DNA of 49,145 bases from NCBI GenBank assembly GCA_017549405.1, contig JAFYUY010000027.1:1-49145 (forward strand), in the 5' to 3' direction. This document shows, piece after piece, positions 38,570 to 47,046 of the stretch. The notes below the pieces were generated by a model that saw only the letters and a list, made by a program, of their open reading frames with translations, was not told the DNA's origin and did not search any database. The stretch comes from Clostridia bacterium. GTDB taxonomy: Bacteria; Bacillota; Clostridia; Oscillospirales; CAG-382. Position numbers and translations under genes: made by a program. Every line of letters starts with the position of its first letter. The first letter of the stretch is position 1.

Positions 38570-38914
38570 TCAGATCCTTATTATTTTATAACTTTTTTTG
38601 CTGTCCCTGCATTTTATCAGGGTATCAAGAGTGCCGTTTGAATTCATGTCCCAAAAGGCATAAACCTCGTCGGCATATTCAACTATCTGCGTATTGCGCA
38701 AAAGGGCGGCACGTCTGCCGTATTTTTTGTAATCCGGCTGAAAGATCGTGAAAATAAGTCCCATTTCCTTAGCATATCTTTCGGCAAGAGTATCTATTCC
38801 TTTTGCCCCGCCGCTTACGATCTCCGTGCATTCCTTGGGAATATTTTCTTTTATAAGACGATAAGCCTTTTCCTCGTCGGGAATATTTCTTGAACCCACG
38901 ATCGCTATTTTCAA
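38570..38914 (-). CDS. SLOG-fold protein (DUF2493/YpsA-like, DprA-related Rossmannoid)
   Basis: KIAIVGSR...SGGAKGIDTLAERYA...YGRRAALLRNTQIVEYADEVYAFWDMNSNGT. A TTG at 38914 after GGAG is preferred; the track ATG is at 38956. Confidence 0.65.
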   Translation of the reverse strand: MKIAIVGSRNIPDEEKAYRLIKENIPKECTEIVSGGAKGIDTLAERYAKEMGLIFTIFQPDYKKYGRRAALLRNTQIVEYADEVYAFWDMNSNGTLDTLIKCRDSKKSYKIIRI

Positions 38915-39029
38915 AAAAATCACTCCATTTTTTATATTTTTTTCATCACATAACAAAATACACGACTGTACATATTAATACAGGTGCAACGCACCGCAAA
39001 TTTTGAGAAAGCTCAGGATTTTGGGAAAG

Positions 39030-40226
39030 ATGATAAGAAAAACAAAGCAAAAAACAAAATATCCGCGCATTGTTTATGCTCTTCCGATAATATCGCTGTG
39101 TGCCGTGATGTTTCTGGGAGGCGCACAGAAAGCCATTCCCGATGAGATAAACCTTGCAAATGCAGAAAGCTATGCACCGCAAACGGCATATACTCTGGCG
39201 GATCCGTCGGAAGAACAAAGCTCCCATAATATATATACCGCAAAACTCTTCGGAATACTTCCGACAAAATCGGTAAAAAGTAAATTTTTTTCGAACATTT
39301 ACCTTGTTCCGGGCGGAGATGTGTTCGGAGTGAAGTTTTTTACCGACGGAGTGGTGGTGACGGACCTTTCGGAAGTGGAGAGTGACGAGGGCATAATATG
39401 CCCCGCAAAAAAGGCGGGGCTCAAACCCGGAGATGTGGTTACATCCGTAAACGGGCATGAGCTTGCGTCATCGGAGGATCTCACAGAAATTTCCGAAAAA
39501 AGCGGGGGAAAGCAACTGTCCCTTGAATTTGAGCGGGACGGGAAAAAATACAAAGCAAATCTTTTGCCGGTGAGATCTTCATCCGACGGAATGTATAAAC
39601 TCGGAATGTGGGTGCGTGACAGCACGGCGGGAATAGGCACAGTGACCTTTTATGATCCGTCCGACGGCAGCTTTGCGGGACTTGGCCACGGAATATACGA
39701 CGCCGACACGGAGCTTCTTTTGCCGCTTCGGCGCGGAGCTGTGGTGGATATAGAGCTCGATGATATCGTGCGCGGAAGACAGGGGCATCCGGGGGAGCTA
39801 AAAGGCAGCTTCGGAACCGAAAAAACGGGAAGTATTCTGAAAAACACCCCTGCGGGAGTTTTTGGAATAATGGCATCGCCTCCGCAGACCATTTATGAAA
39901 AGACCGAGTGTGCCGCCCGCGAGGAAGTGACACTTGGGGATGCGGTGATACTTTCAAATGTTGACGGACGCGGTGTTAAGGAATATGCCGTGGAGATAAC
40001 GAAGATCTACTCGGGAAACGAAGAAACGAAAAATTTTGTGATCACCGTGCGTGACGAAAAGCTCATGGAGCTTACAGGCGGCATAGTGAGGGGGATGAGC
40101 GGTTCACCGATAATTCAGAACGGCAAGCTTGTGGGAGCAGTAACTCATGTTTTTGTGAATGATCCGACTCGTGGATATGGGATATTTATTGAAAATATGC
40201 TGGCGGAAGCGGAGAAAATCAAATAA
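39030..40226 (+). CDS. spoIVB: SpoIVB peptidase (S55), sporulation signalling protease
   Basis: PDZ segment AKKAGLKPGDVVTSVNG, GIGTVTFYDP..FAGLGHGI, and catalytic-Ser region [36 protein letters not shown]. Confidence 0.93.
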   Translation: MIRKTKQKTKYPRIVYALPIISLCAVMFLGGAQKAIPDEINLANAESYAPQTAYTLADPSEEQSSHNIYTAKLFGILPTKSVKSKFFSNIYLVPGGDVFGVKFFTDGVVVTDLSEVESDEGIICPAKKAGLKPGDVVTSVNGHELASSEDLTEISEKSGGKQLSLEFERDGKKYKANLLPVRSSSDGMYKLGMWVRDSTAGIGTVTFYDPSDGSFAGLGHGIYDADTELLLPLRRGAVVDIELDDIVRGRQGHPGELKGSFGTEKTGSILKNTPAGVFGIMASPPQTIYEKTECAAREEVTLGDAVILSNVDGRGVKEYAVEITKIYSGNEETKNFVITVRDEKLMELTGGIVRGMSGSPIIQNGKLVGAVTHVFVNDPTRGYGIFIENMLAEAEKIK

Positions 40227-40229
40227 ATT

Positions 40230-40262
40230 AAATGCTCGTCTGAACTTCAGGCGAGCATTTTA
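40230..40262 (+). terminator. spoIVB terminator
   Basis: aaatgctcgtctgaa / ttcaggcgagcattt followed by T residues. Confidence 0.7.
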
Positions 40263-40276
40263 GGTTAAAGGGTATA

Positions 40277-41149
40277 TTAAGTTTTCAAACCTTCACTTAT
40301 TTCGTATGTTTTGTTGATATTGCTTATACATCGGTCATAATGGATTGTAAGATATGCCATGAACAGAGAGTCCATCATGGCAAACTGACTTACACGGGAT
40401 GTGATGGCAATTTTGTGCAGAGGACTTTCTCTTGTTTGTGTAAGCAAAGTATAATCTGCTGTTTTGCAAATATTACTGTTACTGAAAGTTGTTACAGCAA
40501 TTGTGATAATACCCATTTTTTGTGCCATTTTCATTATTTTTTCTACAGTCTCATTGTTTCCCGAATGAGAAATGCCAAATACTACATCACCTTTTTTCAT
40601 ATTTGATAGAATGATTGCTGCCGAGGTGGATTCACAGGCACATTCTGTATCAATGCCTATTCGTTTGAATTTAATAGCTGCATCCTGACAAACTATATAG
40701 GATGTTCCCACACCAAAAAATGCGGTTTTTTCGGCATTATGCATAACTTGTACAATATCAGATAAGGTATCATATTCCATATTCTGTCGGGTTAGGTTTA
40801 AGCATTCTGCGCAGGATATAAGCATTTTTGAAATCTGAGCTTCAGGGGAGTTTTCGTTTTTATGAAAATCTAAAACGAAGTCTTCATGTTCATTTCCCAG
40901 TTGAGCGAGATGCAGTCTGAATTCTTTATATCCTTCAAACCCCATATGCTGCGCAAAACGAACGATGGTTGCAACGCTGATGTTAAGTTCCGATGCCAAC
41001 GCCTGCACACTAATGGAAAGCACATGTTCAAAATTGTTAATTATATAGTCTGCAATCGTTTTTTCGCTGTTTGTCATAGACGTATATTTTTCTGTAATAA
41101 ATTGAACAATATCTTTCTTCATAATAGTTTTTGTGGCCTTTCTGTTCAT
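40277..41149 (-). CDS. RpiR/MurR family transcriptional regulator (HTH plus SIS domain)
   Basis: SEKTIADYIINNFEHVLSISVQALASELNISVATIVRFAQHMGFEGYKEFR, then a SIS domain (FFGVGTSYIV...ISHSGNN). Confidence 0.88.
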   Translation of the reverse strand: MNRKATKTIMKKDIVQFITEKYTSMTNSEKTIADYIINNFEHVLSISVQALASELNISVATIVRFAQHMGFEGYKEFRLHLAQLGNEHEDFVLDFHKNENSPEAQISKMLISCAECLNLTRQNMEYDTLSDIVQVMHNAEKTAFFGVGTSYIVCQDAAIKFKRIGIDTECACESTSAAIILSNMKKGDVVFGISHSGNNETVEKIMKMAQKMGIITIAVTTFSNSNICKTADYTLLTQTRESPLHKIAITSRVSQFAMMDSLFMAYLTIHYDRCISNINKTYEISEGLKT

Positions 41150-41308
41150 TGAAAATTATTGTTGTAACTTTGTTACCATAATTTTACAATGTTTTTGCCT
41201 TTTTTTCAAGACTTTTTATTGAAAATCCTTGACATTTATAACACCGGTTTGTATAATTGTTACATAAAAAGAAAATGGTGTAATATTTGATCATGCGGAG
41301 GATTACAT

Positions 41309-43198
41309 ATGTCAATATTGATTATAAGTGATAATAAAAGTGATTTAAGCAATGTTCTAATGAGCTCAGCAAAATGCGAAATGCTCTCATTCAAAGAAGC
41401 TGAACAGGAGGATTTATCTGTCTATTCAGCTGTAGCTTTGCTTTGCGGTACAGAAAACACAAGACCTCGAGTGCTTTCAGCTAATCTTCGTATAAAGATT
41501 GAGGAATTTGCTGAAAGCGGCAAGCCAATTTTTTATGAATGGTGTGCAAGTTTTGGATATACTTTAACCAAGGGTGATGATTACAACGACGGCAGAGATT
41601 CTATGGGCGACGCTATGAACAGATATGTATATATCGGAAGCGACACCGAGAGGCTGACATATGGTGATTTGGTTGACAGTCAGGCAAATTTGGGATGCAA
41701 TTATATCCATATACCGGAAAATGCATATCCAATACTTTATAACGGCGGTCATGTTATCAGCCACGACCACATAGATTCTTCTGAAATAAAAACCAACGAA
41801 ATTGCTGCAAAGGACTGGCGTCTTTGGTATCATGACGAAAAGATACTTGTATGCTCATTTCGTATTTCAAATTTTGTAAAAGCAAGATTTGCACCGTTCG
41901 ATTCCTGGTGCGGAATTGTTGAAATCATTCTTAAACATTTGGGTGCAGAACAAATACAGATGCCCGCACCTTACTATACACTTGGCAGTAACTGCGATGC
42001 TCAGGGCACATTTAACAAAGGAATGGACTGGTTTGACGGATGCAATATTCTTATTGATAACGGAAAAGCGGGCGCAAAAGAGGGAATGTCTCATCCAATT
42101 ACCCCTGATGGCGTTCAGGCTGAAAGAAACAATGTTCGTGTTGACTGTGTGGGGGAGATAGCAGGTGCATATCTTTTTGATTATATTCTTAAGAATAACA
42201 CAGAATCACTTGCTGTTTATAAAAATCTTTCAGGTTTTATTTTTGATAAAATGCAGATTAAATCGGGAAAATTTGCGGGAATGCTTCGTTGGACAGAAAG
42301 TGCGTGGTGTACTGTTTATGGAGATGATACCGGCAGAGCTGTTATCAGTACTTTGTTTTATATGATGTATACCAAAGATATGCGCAAAATGACTCAGGTT
42401 GAAGCAGCTCTTGATTTTCTTATCGGTATAACCGGTACTGACGGGCTTATGGAACATGGTGTTCATGTAAGCGAGCTTACAGATGAAAATATAAAACAAA
42501 TGCACTCTAATCCTTCTAATCAATACTGTGCACACAGAAATGCTTATTACAGCGCCGCACTTCTTCTTGCATATCAGCTGAACCACAAAGAGATATATAA
42601 AGATATTGCGGTAAAAGGCTTATCGACCATTATGGGAGTATATCCTGAAACTATGCGTGCAATCAGCGAAACAGAAGAATTATGCAGACTTATTTTTCCG
42701 CTTTCGTGCCTTTATCAGGTAACGAGAGATGAGACACACAAAAAATGGCTATATGATGTCTGTGAACGTCTTGAAAATTATAGGCACAAAAGCGGTGGTT
42801 TTGTCGAGGTTGACCCGGGTTATACAGCTTACCGAAGCAGAACAGAGGGTACGGAATCATCTATGCTTGCAGAAAACGGGAATGAAATAGCAGAACTGCT
42901 TTATTCCCTGAACTGGTTGCCTTTAGGATTTTCTTATGCCTATTATGTAACAGGTGACAAGGTTTTTCTTGAAAAATGGGAAAAGATCGTAAAATTCATG
43001 TCCGATGCGCAAATTGTAAGCGACGATAAAACAATTGACGGTGCATGGGCAAGAAGTCTTGACTTAAAACGTATGGAAATATATGGTATGCCTCATGATG
43101 TTGGTTGGGGACCCTGTTGTATTGAAAGTGGATGGACTGTGGGTGAAATTCTTATGGGCCTTGGTTTTGGTATTGCTTTGAAAAAAGGACTATTCTAA
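41309..43198 (+). CDS. uncharacterised 629-aa cytoplasmic protein; C-terminal half looks like an alpha/alpha-toroid (glycoside hydrolase/lyase-like) fold
   Basis: SD GGAGG. No signal peptide. No motif confidently recognised. Repeated aromatic/helical segments (YYSAALLLAY, LNWLPLGFSYAYYVTGD, GWGPCCIESGWTVGEIL). Confidence 0.6.
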   Translation: MSILIISDNKSDLSNVLMSSAKCEMLSFKEAEQEDLSVYSAVALLCGTENTRPRVLSANLRIKIEEFAESGKPIFYEWCASFGYTLTKGDDYNDGRDSMGDAMNRYVYIGSDTERLTYGDLVDSQANLGCNYIHIPENAYPILYNGGHVISHDHIDSSEIKTNEIAAKDWRLWYHDEKILVCSFRISNFVKARFAPFDSWCGIVEIILKHLGAEQIQMPAPYYTLGSNCDAQGTFNKGMDWFDGCNILIDNGKAGAKEGMSHPITPDGVQAERNNVRVDCVGEIAGAYLFDYILKNNTESLAVYKNLSGFIFDKMQIKSGKFAGMLRWTESAWCTVYGDDTGRAVISTLFYMMYTKDMRKMTQVEAALDFLIGITGTDGLMEHGVHVSELTDENIKQMHSNPSNQYCAHRNAYYSAALLLAYQLNHKEIYKDIAVKGLSTIMGVYPETMRAISETEELCRLIFPLSCLYQVTRDETHKKWLYDVCERLENYRHKSGGFVEVDPGYTAYRSRTEGTESSMLAENGNEIAELLYSLNWLPLGFSYAYYVTGDKVFLEKWEKIVKFMSDAQIVSDDKTIDGAWARSLDLKRMEIYGMPHDVGWGPCCIESGWTVGEILMGLGFGIALKKGLF

Positions 43199-43210
43199 GA
43201 AAGGGAAAAT

Positions 43211-44143
43211 ATGAAAAATTTACTTGTTGCTGATATTGGAGGTACAAATACACGACTTCGAATAACAGATATAAATGGAAATATATTGTGGGAGTCTGTT
43301 ACAGCCGGAGTTGCGGCGGCAACGGACAGTAACGCTCCGCTTGTTTCACTGGAAAAGCAGCTTGATGAAATGCCCGGCAAAGAAAATATCGGTGCTATAT
43401 CTATAAATCTCGGCGGGAAAAACACGGTGCAGGTTAAGCTTTGCTTTTGCAGTTTTTTTCCTGATGTGCCATTAAAAATATTCCGTGAATCAGAGGGCGC
43501 TGCCGCATACGCTCTGGGAGAAGAATATGATGCTCCAATTGTCCTTATGGCAGGAACAGGCGCAATTGCGGTAGGAAAATCAGATAATGGTTTTGTAATT
43601 ACAGGCGGATGGGGAATCAACATAGGAGACGATGGAAGTGGCTATGATATCGGACTTCAGGCAATCCGCATGAGTTTAACGGCACTTGACAATACTGAAG
43701 ATTTATCACCTCTTACAAGGTTTTTGTGCGGTTTGGAAAAGTCACTTTCTGCAACCGATGATCCAACAGTTTACAGAGACAAAAGAGACCGCGTTAGAGA
43801 ACATTTGTCACCATTTGACAGAAAAAATATCGCATCTCTTTCCAAAACAGTTGCCAAATTCGCAGAAAAGGGCGATAAAACAGCACTTGATATATTCAGG
43901 TATTCAGGTGAGAAGCTTTCGGAATTGGTTATATGTACTGCAAAAAAACTTACAGGTGAAATCCCTAATATTGTTGTGACGGGAGGACTTATTCATTCCC
44001 GCAAATTTTGGGCACCGAGTTTTGAAAATTCTATACTTAAGATCATTCCCGATGTTAAAATACACTATGTTCCGAGCGGACTTCTCAGAGGAACTTTTAA
44101 AATTGCCAAAGATTTATATGAGGAGGCAAAAGAAAATGATTGA
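43211..44143 (+). CDS. BadF/BadG/BcrA/BcrD-type ATPase, N-acetylhexosamine (GlcNAc/MurNAc) kinase-like
   Basis: LVADIGGTNTRL phosphate-1 motif, MAGTGAIAVG, GGWGINIGDDGSGYDIG. Confidence 0.75.
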   Translation: MKNLLVADIGGTNTRLRITDINGNILWESVTAGVAAATDSNAPLVSLEKQLDEMPGKENIGAISINLGGKNTVQVKLCFCSFFPDVPLKIFRESEGAAAYALGEEYDAPIVLMAGTGAIAVGKSDNGFVITGGWGINIGDDGSGYDIGLQAIRMSLTALDNTEDLSPLTRFLCGLEKSLSATDDPTVYRDKRDRVREHLSPFDRKNIASLSKTVAKFAEKGDKTALDIFRYSGEKLSELVICTAKKLTGEIPNIVVTGGLIHSRKFWAPSFENSILKIIPDVKIHYVPSGLLRGTFKIAKDLYEEAKEND

Positions 44144-45650
44144 CTTTCCAACAGGATTAATAGTGTCTGCGCAGGCACTCGACGGGAACCCCTTCCGCAA
44201 TTCTCAGGCACTTGCGCTTATGGCAGAATCTGCCGCTATCGGAGGTGCTTCGGCAATCCGTGCCAATGGTGCCGATGATATTTCTGCTATGAGTAAGCGT
44301 GTTTCTATTCCGATTATAGGTATTGATAAGAAGAAAGACCCAACAGGACGAACAGTAATTACCCCTGATTTTGAAGGGGCGAAAAAAATTTATGAGGCAG
44401 GTGCAAGCATTATCGCACTTGACGCAACCTTTTACCCAAGCGATATTGCGGAAGACCGCAAGGAATTGATCCGTCGTATTCACGAAGAATTAGGTATACC
44501 TGTTATGGCAGATATTTCAACATTTGAAGAAGCTGTCAATGCTGCAAAGATGGGCGTGGATGCAATATCCACTACACTGGCAGGATATATTCCCGGTGCA
44601 CTACATACCGATGACGAACTGTATGTACCTGATTTTACGTTGTTATCCCAAATTGTTGCAGCCAAACTCCCGTGTAAAGTTGTGGCAGAAGGAAGAATAT
44701 GGGGACGGGAGGATATAAGAGAAGCGTTTAATATTGGTGCAGATGCTGTTGTTATAGGAAAGGCTATTACAAATCCCATAGCAATCACGCGTTATTATAA
44801 CAGCTTTATACCAAAGAAAGATGAGTCCGGTTACGTTCCTACCGAAACACGGAACCCACGTTCGGATAATATGGCAGATGGCCCAAGCGAGTCAATTTTG
44901 CGGATAATTCAAAGAGAGGATGCAACTGTTCCTGCGATTGTAAAGAGCTGTATACCGCAGATTGCAAAATTGGTTGATGCAGGAGTTGAATCTCTTAAAA
45001 AGGGTGGACGCATTATATACTGCGGTGCAGGCACAAGCGGTCGTCTTGCAGTTGCAGATGCGGCGGAATGCCCTCCGACATATGGTGTTTCAAGAGAAAC
45101 AATAACAGCTGTAATTGCAGGAGGAGAAAAAGCCATCACTAACGCATCTGAAGGTTGTGAGGACAATCGAGAAGCAGGTATTGCAGCTTTTGAAAATCTA
45201 AAATGTACTGAAAACGATTTAATTATCGGAATATCTGCTGCAGGGCGTGCTCCATTTGTAGTTGCATTTATGGAAAAAGCCGGGGAGCGTGGCTGTAAAG
45301 TGGGAGCAATCGTCAACAATCTTGATACAGAAATGTCGAAATTATCTGATATTACAATAGAAGCGTTGACAGGTGCCGAAGTTATCAAAGGCTCTACCCG
45401 AATGAAGGCGGGAAGTGCCCAAAAAATGATACTGAATATGTTTTCAACCGCTGTTTTTGTTAAGATGGGCTATACATGGCAAAATTATATGACCCATATG
45501 AAACCCTCAAACAGTAAACTAAAGAAAAGAGCGGTGGCTATGATTTGCGAAATACTGAAGATAAAGAAAGATAAAGCCGAGGAGCTTTTGGTTTCTCATG
45601 ATTGGGATATACATACCTCTTTGGTCAGCCACAAGAATAACAACAAATAA
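44136..45650 (+). CDS. fusion protein: ManNAc-6-P 2-epimerase (NanE) plus MurNAc-6-P etherase (MurQ)
   Basis: ATG at 44136 after gaggagg, overlapping the kinase stop by 8 nt. NanE part: LIVSAQALDGNPF...AIRANG...VVAEGRI...AVVIGKAIT. MurQ part: TETRNPRS...GGRIIYCGAGTSGRLAVADAAECPPTYGV...GSTRMKAGSAQKMILNM. Confidence 0.85.
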   Translation: MIDFPTGLIVSAQALDGNPFRNSQALALMAESAAIGGASAIRANGADDISAMSKRVSIPIIGIDKKKDPTGRTVITPDFEGAKKIYEAGASIIALDATFYPSDIAEDRKELIRRIHEELGIPVMADISTFEEAVNAAKMGVDAISTTLAGYIPGALHTDDELYVPDFTLLSQIVAAKLPCKVVAEGRIWGREDIREAFNIGADAVVIGKAITNPIAITRYYNSFIPKKDESGYVPTETRNPRSDNMADGPSESILRIIQREDATVPAIVKSCIPQIAKLVDAGVESLKKGGRIIYCGAGTSGRLAVADAAECPPTYGVSRETITAVIAGGEKAITNASEGCEDNREAGIAAFENLKCTENDLIIGISAAGRAPFVVAFMEKAGERGCKVGAIVNNLDTEMSKLSDITIEALTGAEVIKGSTRMKAGSAQKMILNMFSTAVFVKMGYTWQNYMTHMKPSNSKLKKRAVAMICEILKIKKDKAEELLVSHDWDIHTSLVSHKNNNK

Positions 45651-45695
45651 TTTAACATAACTTTTAGAAATGTTGGCCCCTATTGACAACAGTGG

Positions 45696-45826
45696 TGAGC
45701 GGTTCACCGATAATTCAGAACGGCAAGCTTGTGGGCGCAGTTACTCACGTTTTTGTGAACGATCCAACTCGTGGGTATGGGATATTTATTGAAAATATGC
45801 TGGCGGAAGCTGAAAGAATTAAATAG
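45696..45826 (+). pseudogene. displaced 3' fragment of spoIVB (last 43 codons plus stop)
   Basis: 120 of 131 nt are identical to 40096-40226. Would encode [42 protein letters not shown]. No upstream ORF is joined to it. Followed by its own terminator-like hairpin at 45828-45866. Confidence 0.85.
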
Positions 45827-46108
45827 CAAAAATGCTCACTTATACCGGATATAGGTGAGCATTTTGTTTATTCATTTTCGCATATTCGTCTAAAGTGTAG
45901 TTGTTTTGATATCCCTTGTTCATTTTTTGAATAACAAAAGAAAGTGACAGACAGCAAAGGAGCGAAAATTCTCTTTCGGGTTGTCAGAGGAGAACGGACA
46001 AACCTTGATGACAAATATCATACGGCATTTATTGCCGAAACACCAGCTATAGGGTATGTTGTTTATAAGTTTTTTACCGAAAAAGAAGAAGTCAATATGA
46101 TTGAACTT

Positions 46109-46909
46109 TTATAATGTATTTATATATGCGGTTGGTGATACACCGATATGCTTTTTGAATACATTGGAAAAATAATAAACATTATCAAACCCGCACAATT
46201 CTGCTATTTGAGTTATTGAATATTTTTTTGTTATCAACAGTTCTTTGGAATAATCAATTTTCATTTTGGTTACATATTGAATCGGTGTCATATTACTTAC
46301 GGCTTTAAAAAGTGTGATAAAATAGGAATAACTCAAATTGCACACCTTACATAACGCATTATAATCAAAATCAAAAGCTTTATAATTCTGACTTATATAT
46401 TCAAAGGCAGGTGCAAGCTTTAGGCGTTGCGTGTTTGTGCGATATCTGTTCACATCCTGCAGGACTGCAATTATTTCATAAAATACAGACATCGCCCTTG
46501 CATAATAGTTGCTTTTTTTGTTTGACCAAATATTATAAAGTTTAATAAATTTATCACGAAGAATAGCGTAATCATACAAGCCTATTGGATATAAAGGCAT
46601 TTCGGCATCTGTGTCAAAGTACACATCTATACAATACCCTGCTTTGAGACCGCGCACGGTATATTTGCCATTGAAATTTCCTTTTGGAAGATAGCGTATA
46701 CTGTTTTCCTTGTCTAAAATGTCAACCCCGCAAAAATGCGTCTCTGATGAGCTTGAAACATAGAAAATAAGCTCATAAGTTTTGAGATTTGCAGAGTATT
46801 TTACGGTTTTGTTGTTTTTGGCAAAACTTTCGGACATTTCATATTTGCGTACGGAAATTATGCTTGAAATATTGGTTTTTTCATTTGTAAAAATAGCCAT
46901 ATTTATCAC
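46109..46909 (-). CDS. AraC family transcriptional regulator
   Basis: C-terminal HTH_18: ITQIAELCGFDNVYYFSNVFKKHIGVSPTAY. Divergent from the glycyl-radical enzyme gene. Confidence 0.88.
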   Translation of the reverse strand: MINMAIFTNEKTNISSIISVRKYEMSESFAKNNKTVKYSANLKTYELIFYVSSSSETHFCGVDILDKENSIRYLPKGNFNGKYTVRGLKAGYCIDVYFDTDAEMPLYPIGLYDYAILRDKFIKLYNIWSNKKSNYYARAMSVFYEIIAVLQDVNRYRTNTQRLKLAPAFEYISQNYKAFDFDYNALCKVCNLSYSYFITLFKAVSNMTPIQYVTKMKIDYSKELLITKKYSITQIAELCGFDNVYYFSNVFKKHIGVSPTAYINTL

Positions 46910-47046
46910 CTGTAATTATTCTAATCAATAAGCATATCAATGTCAAGTATTTATAGAATAAATTATAAATTATAAGTATTTTATATTGTAAAAACACTCT
47001 AATAATAGTATTATTAAGAAAAAACGCAAAGGAGTGTTTTATAAAT

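Larger units (their letters stand above)
40263..45695. mobile_element. 5.4-kb inserted cassette (amino-sugar genes) bounded by direct repeats of the spoIVB 3' end; no recombinase gene
   Basis: 131-bp repeats at 40096-40226 and 45696-45826, exactly 5600 bp apart. The interior looks more AT-rich than the core by eye. Confidence 0.6.

Noticed and set aside
40263-45695. Integrase, transposase or recombinase gene within the repeat-bounded cassette
   Set aside because: All four ORFs have metabolic or regulatory motifs and no leftover coding space is large enough. The cassette is therefore reported as recombinase-less rather than as a classical integrative element.
45944-46114. 56-codon open frame (...ILFRVVRGERTNLDDKYHTAFIAETPAIGYVVYKFFTEKEEVNMIELL*) between the spoIVB fragment and the AraC gene
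   Set aside because: It has no ATG or convincing RBS and overlaps the AraC stop. It may be the 3' remnant of a disrupted gene, but I cannot assign a family from the sequence alone.
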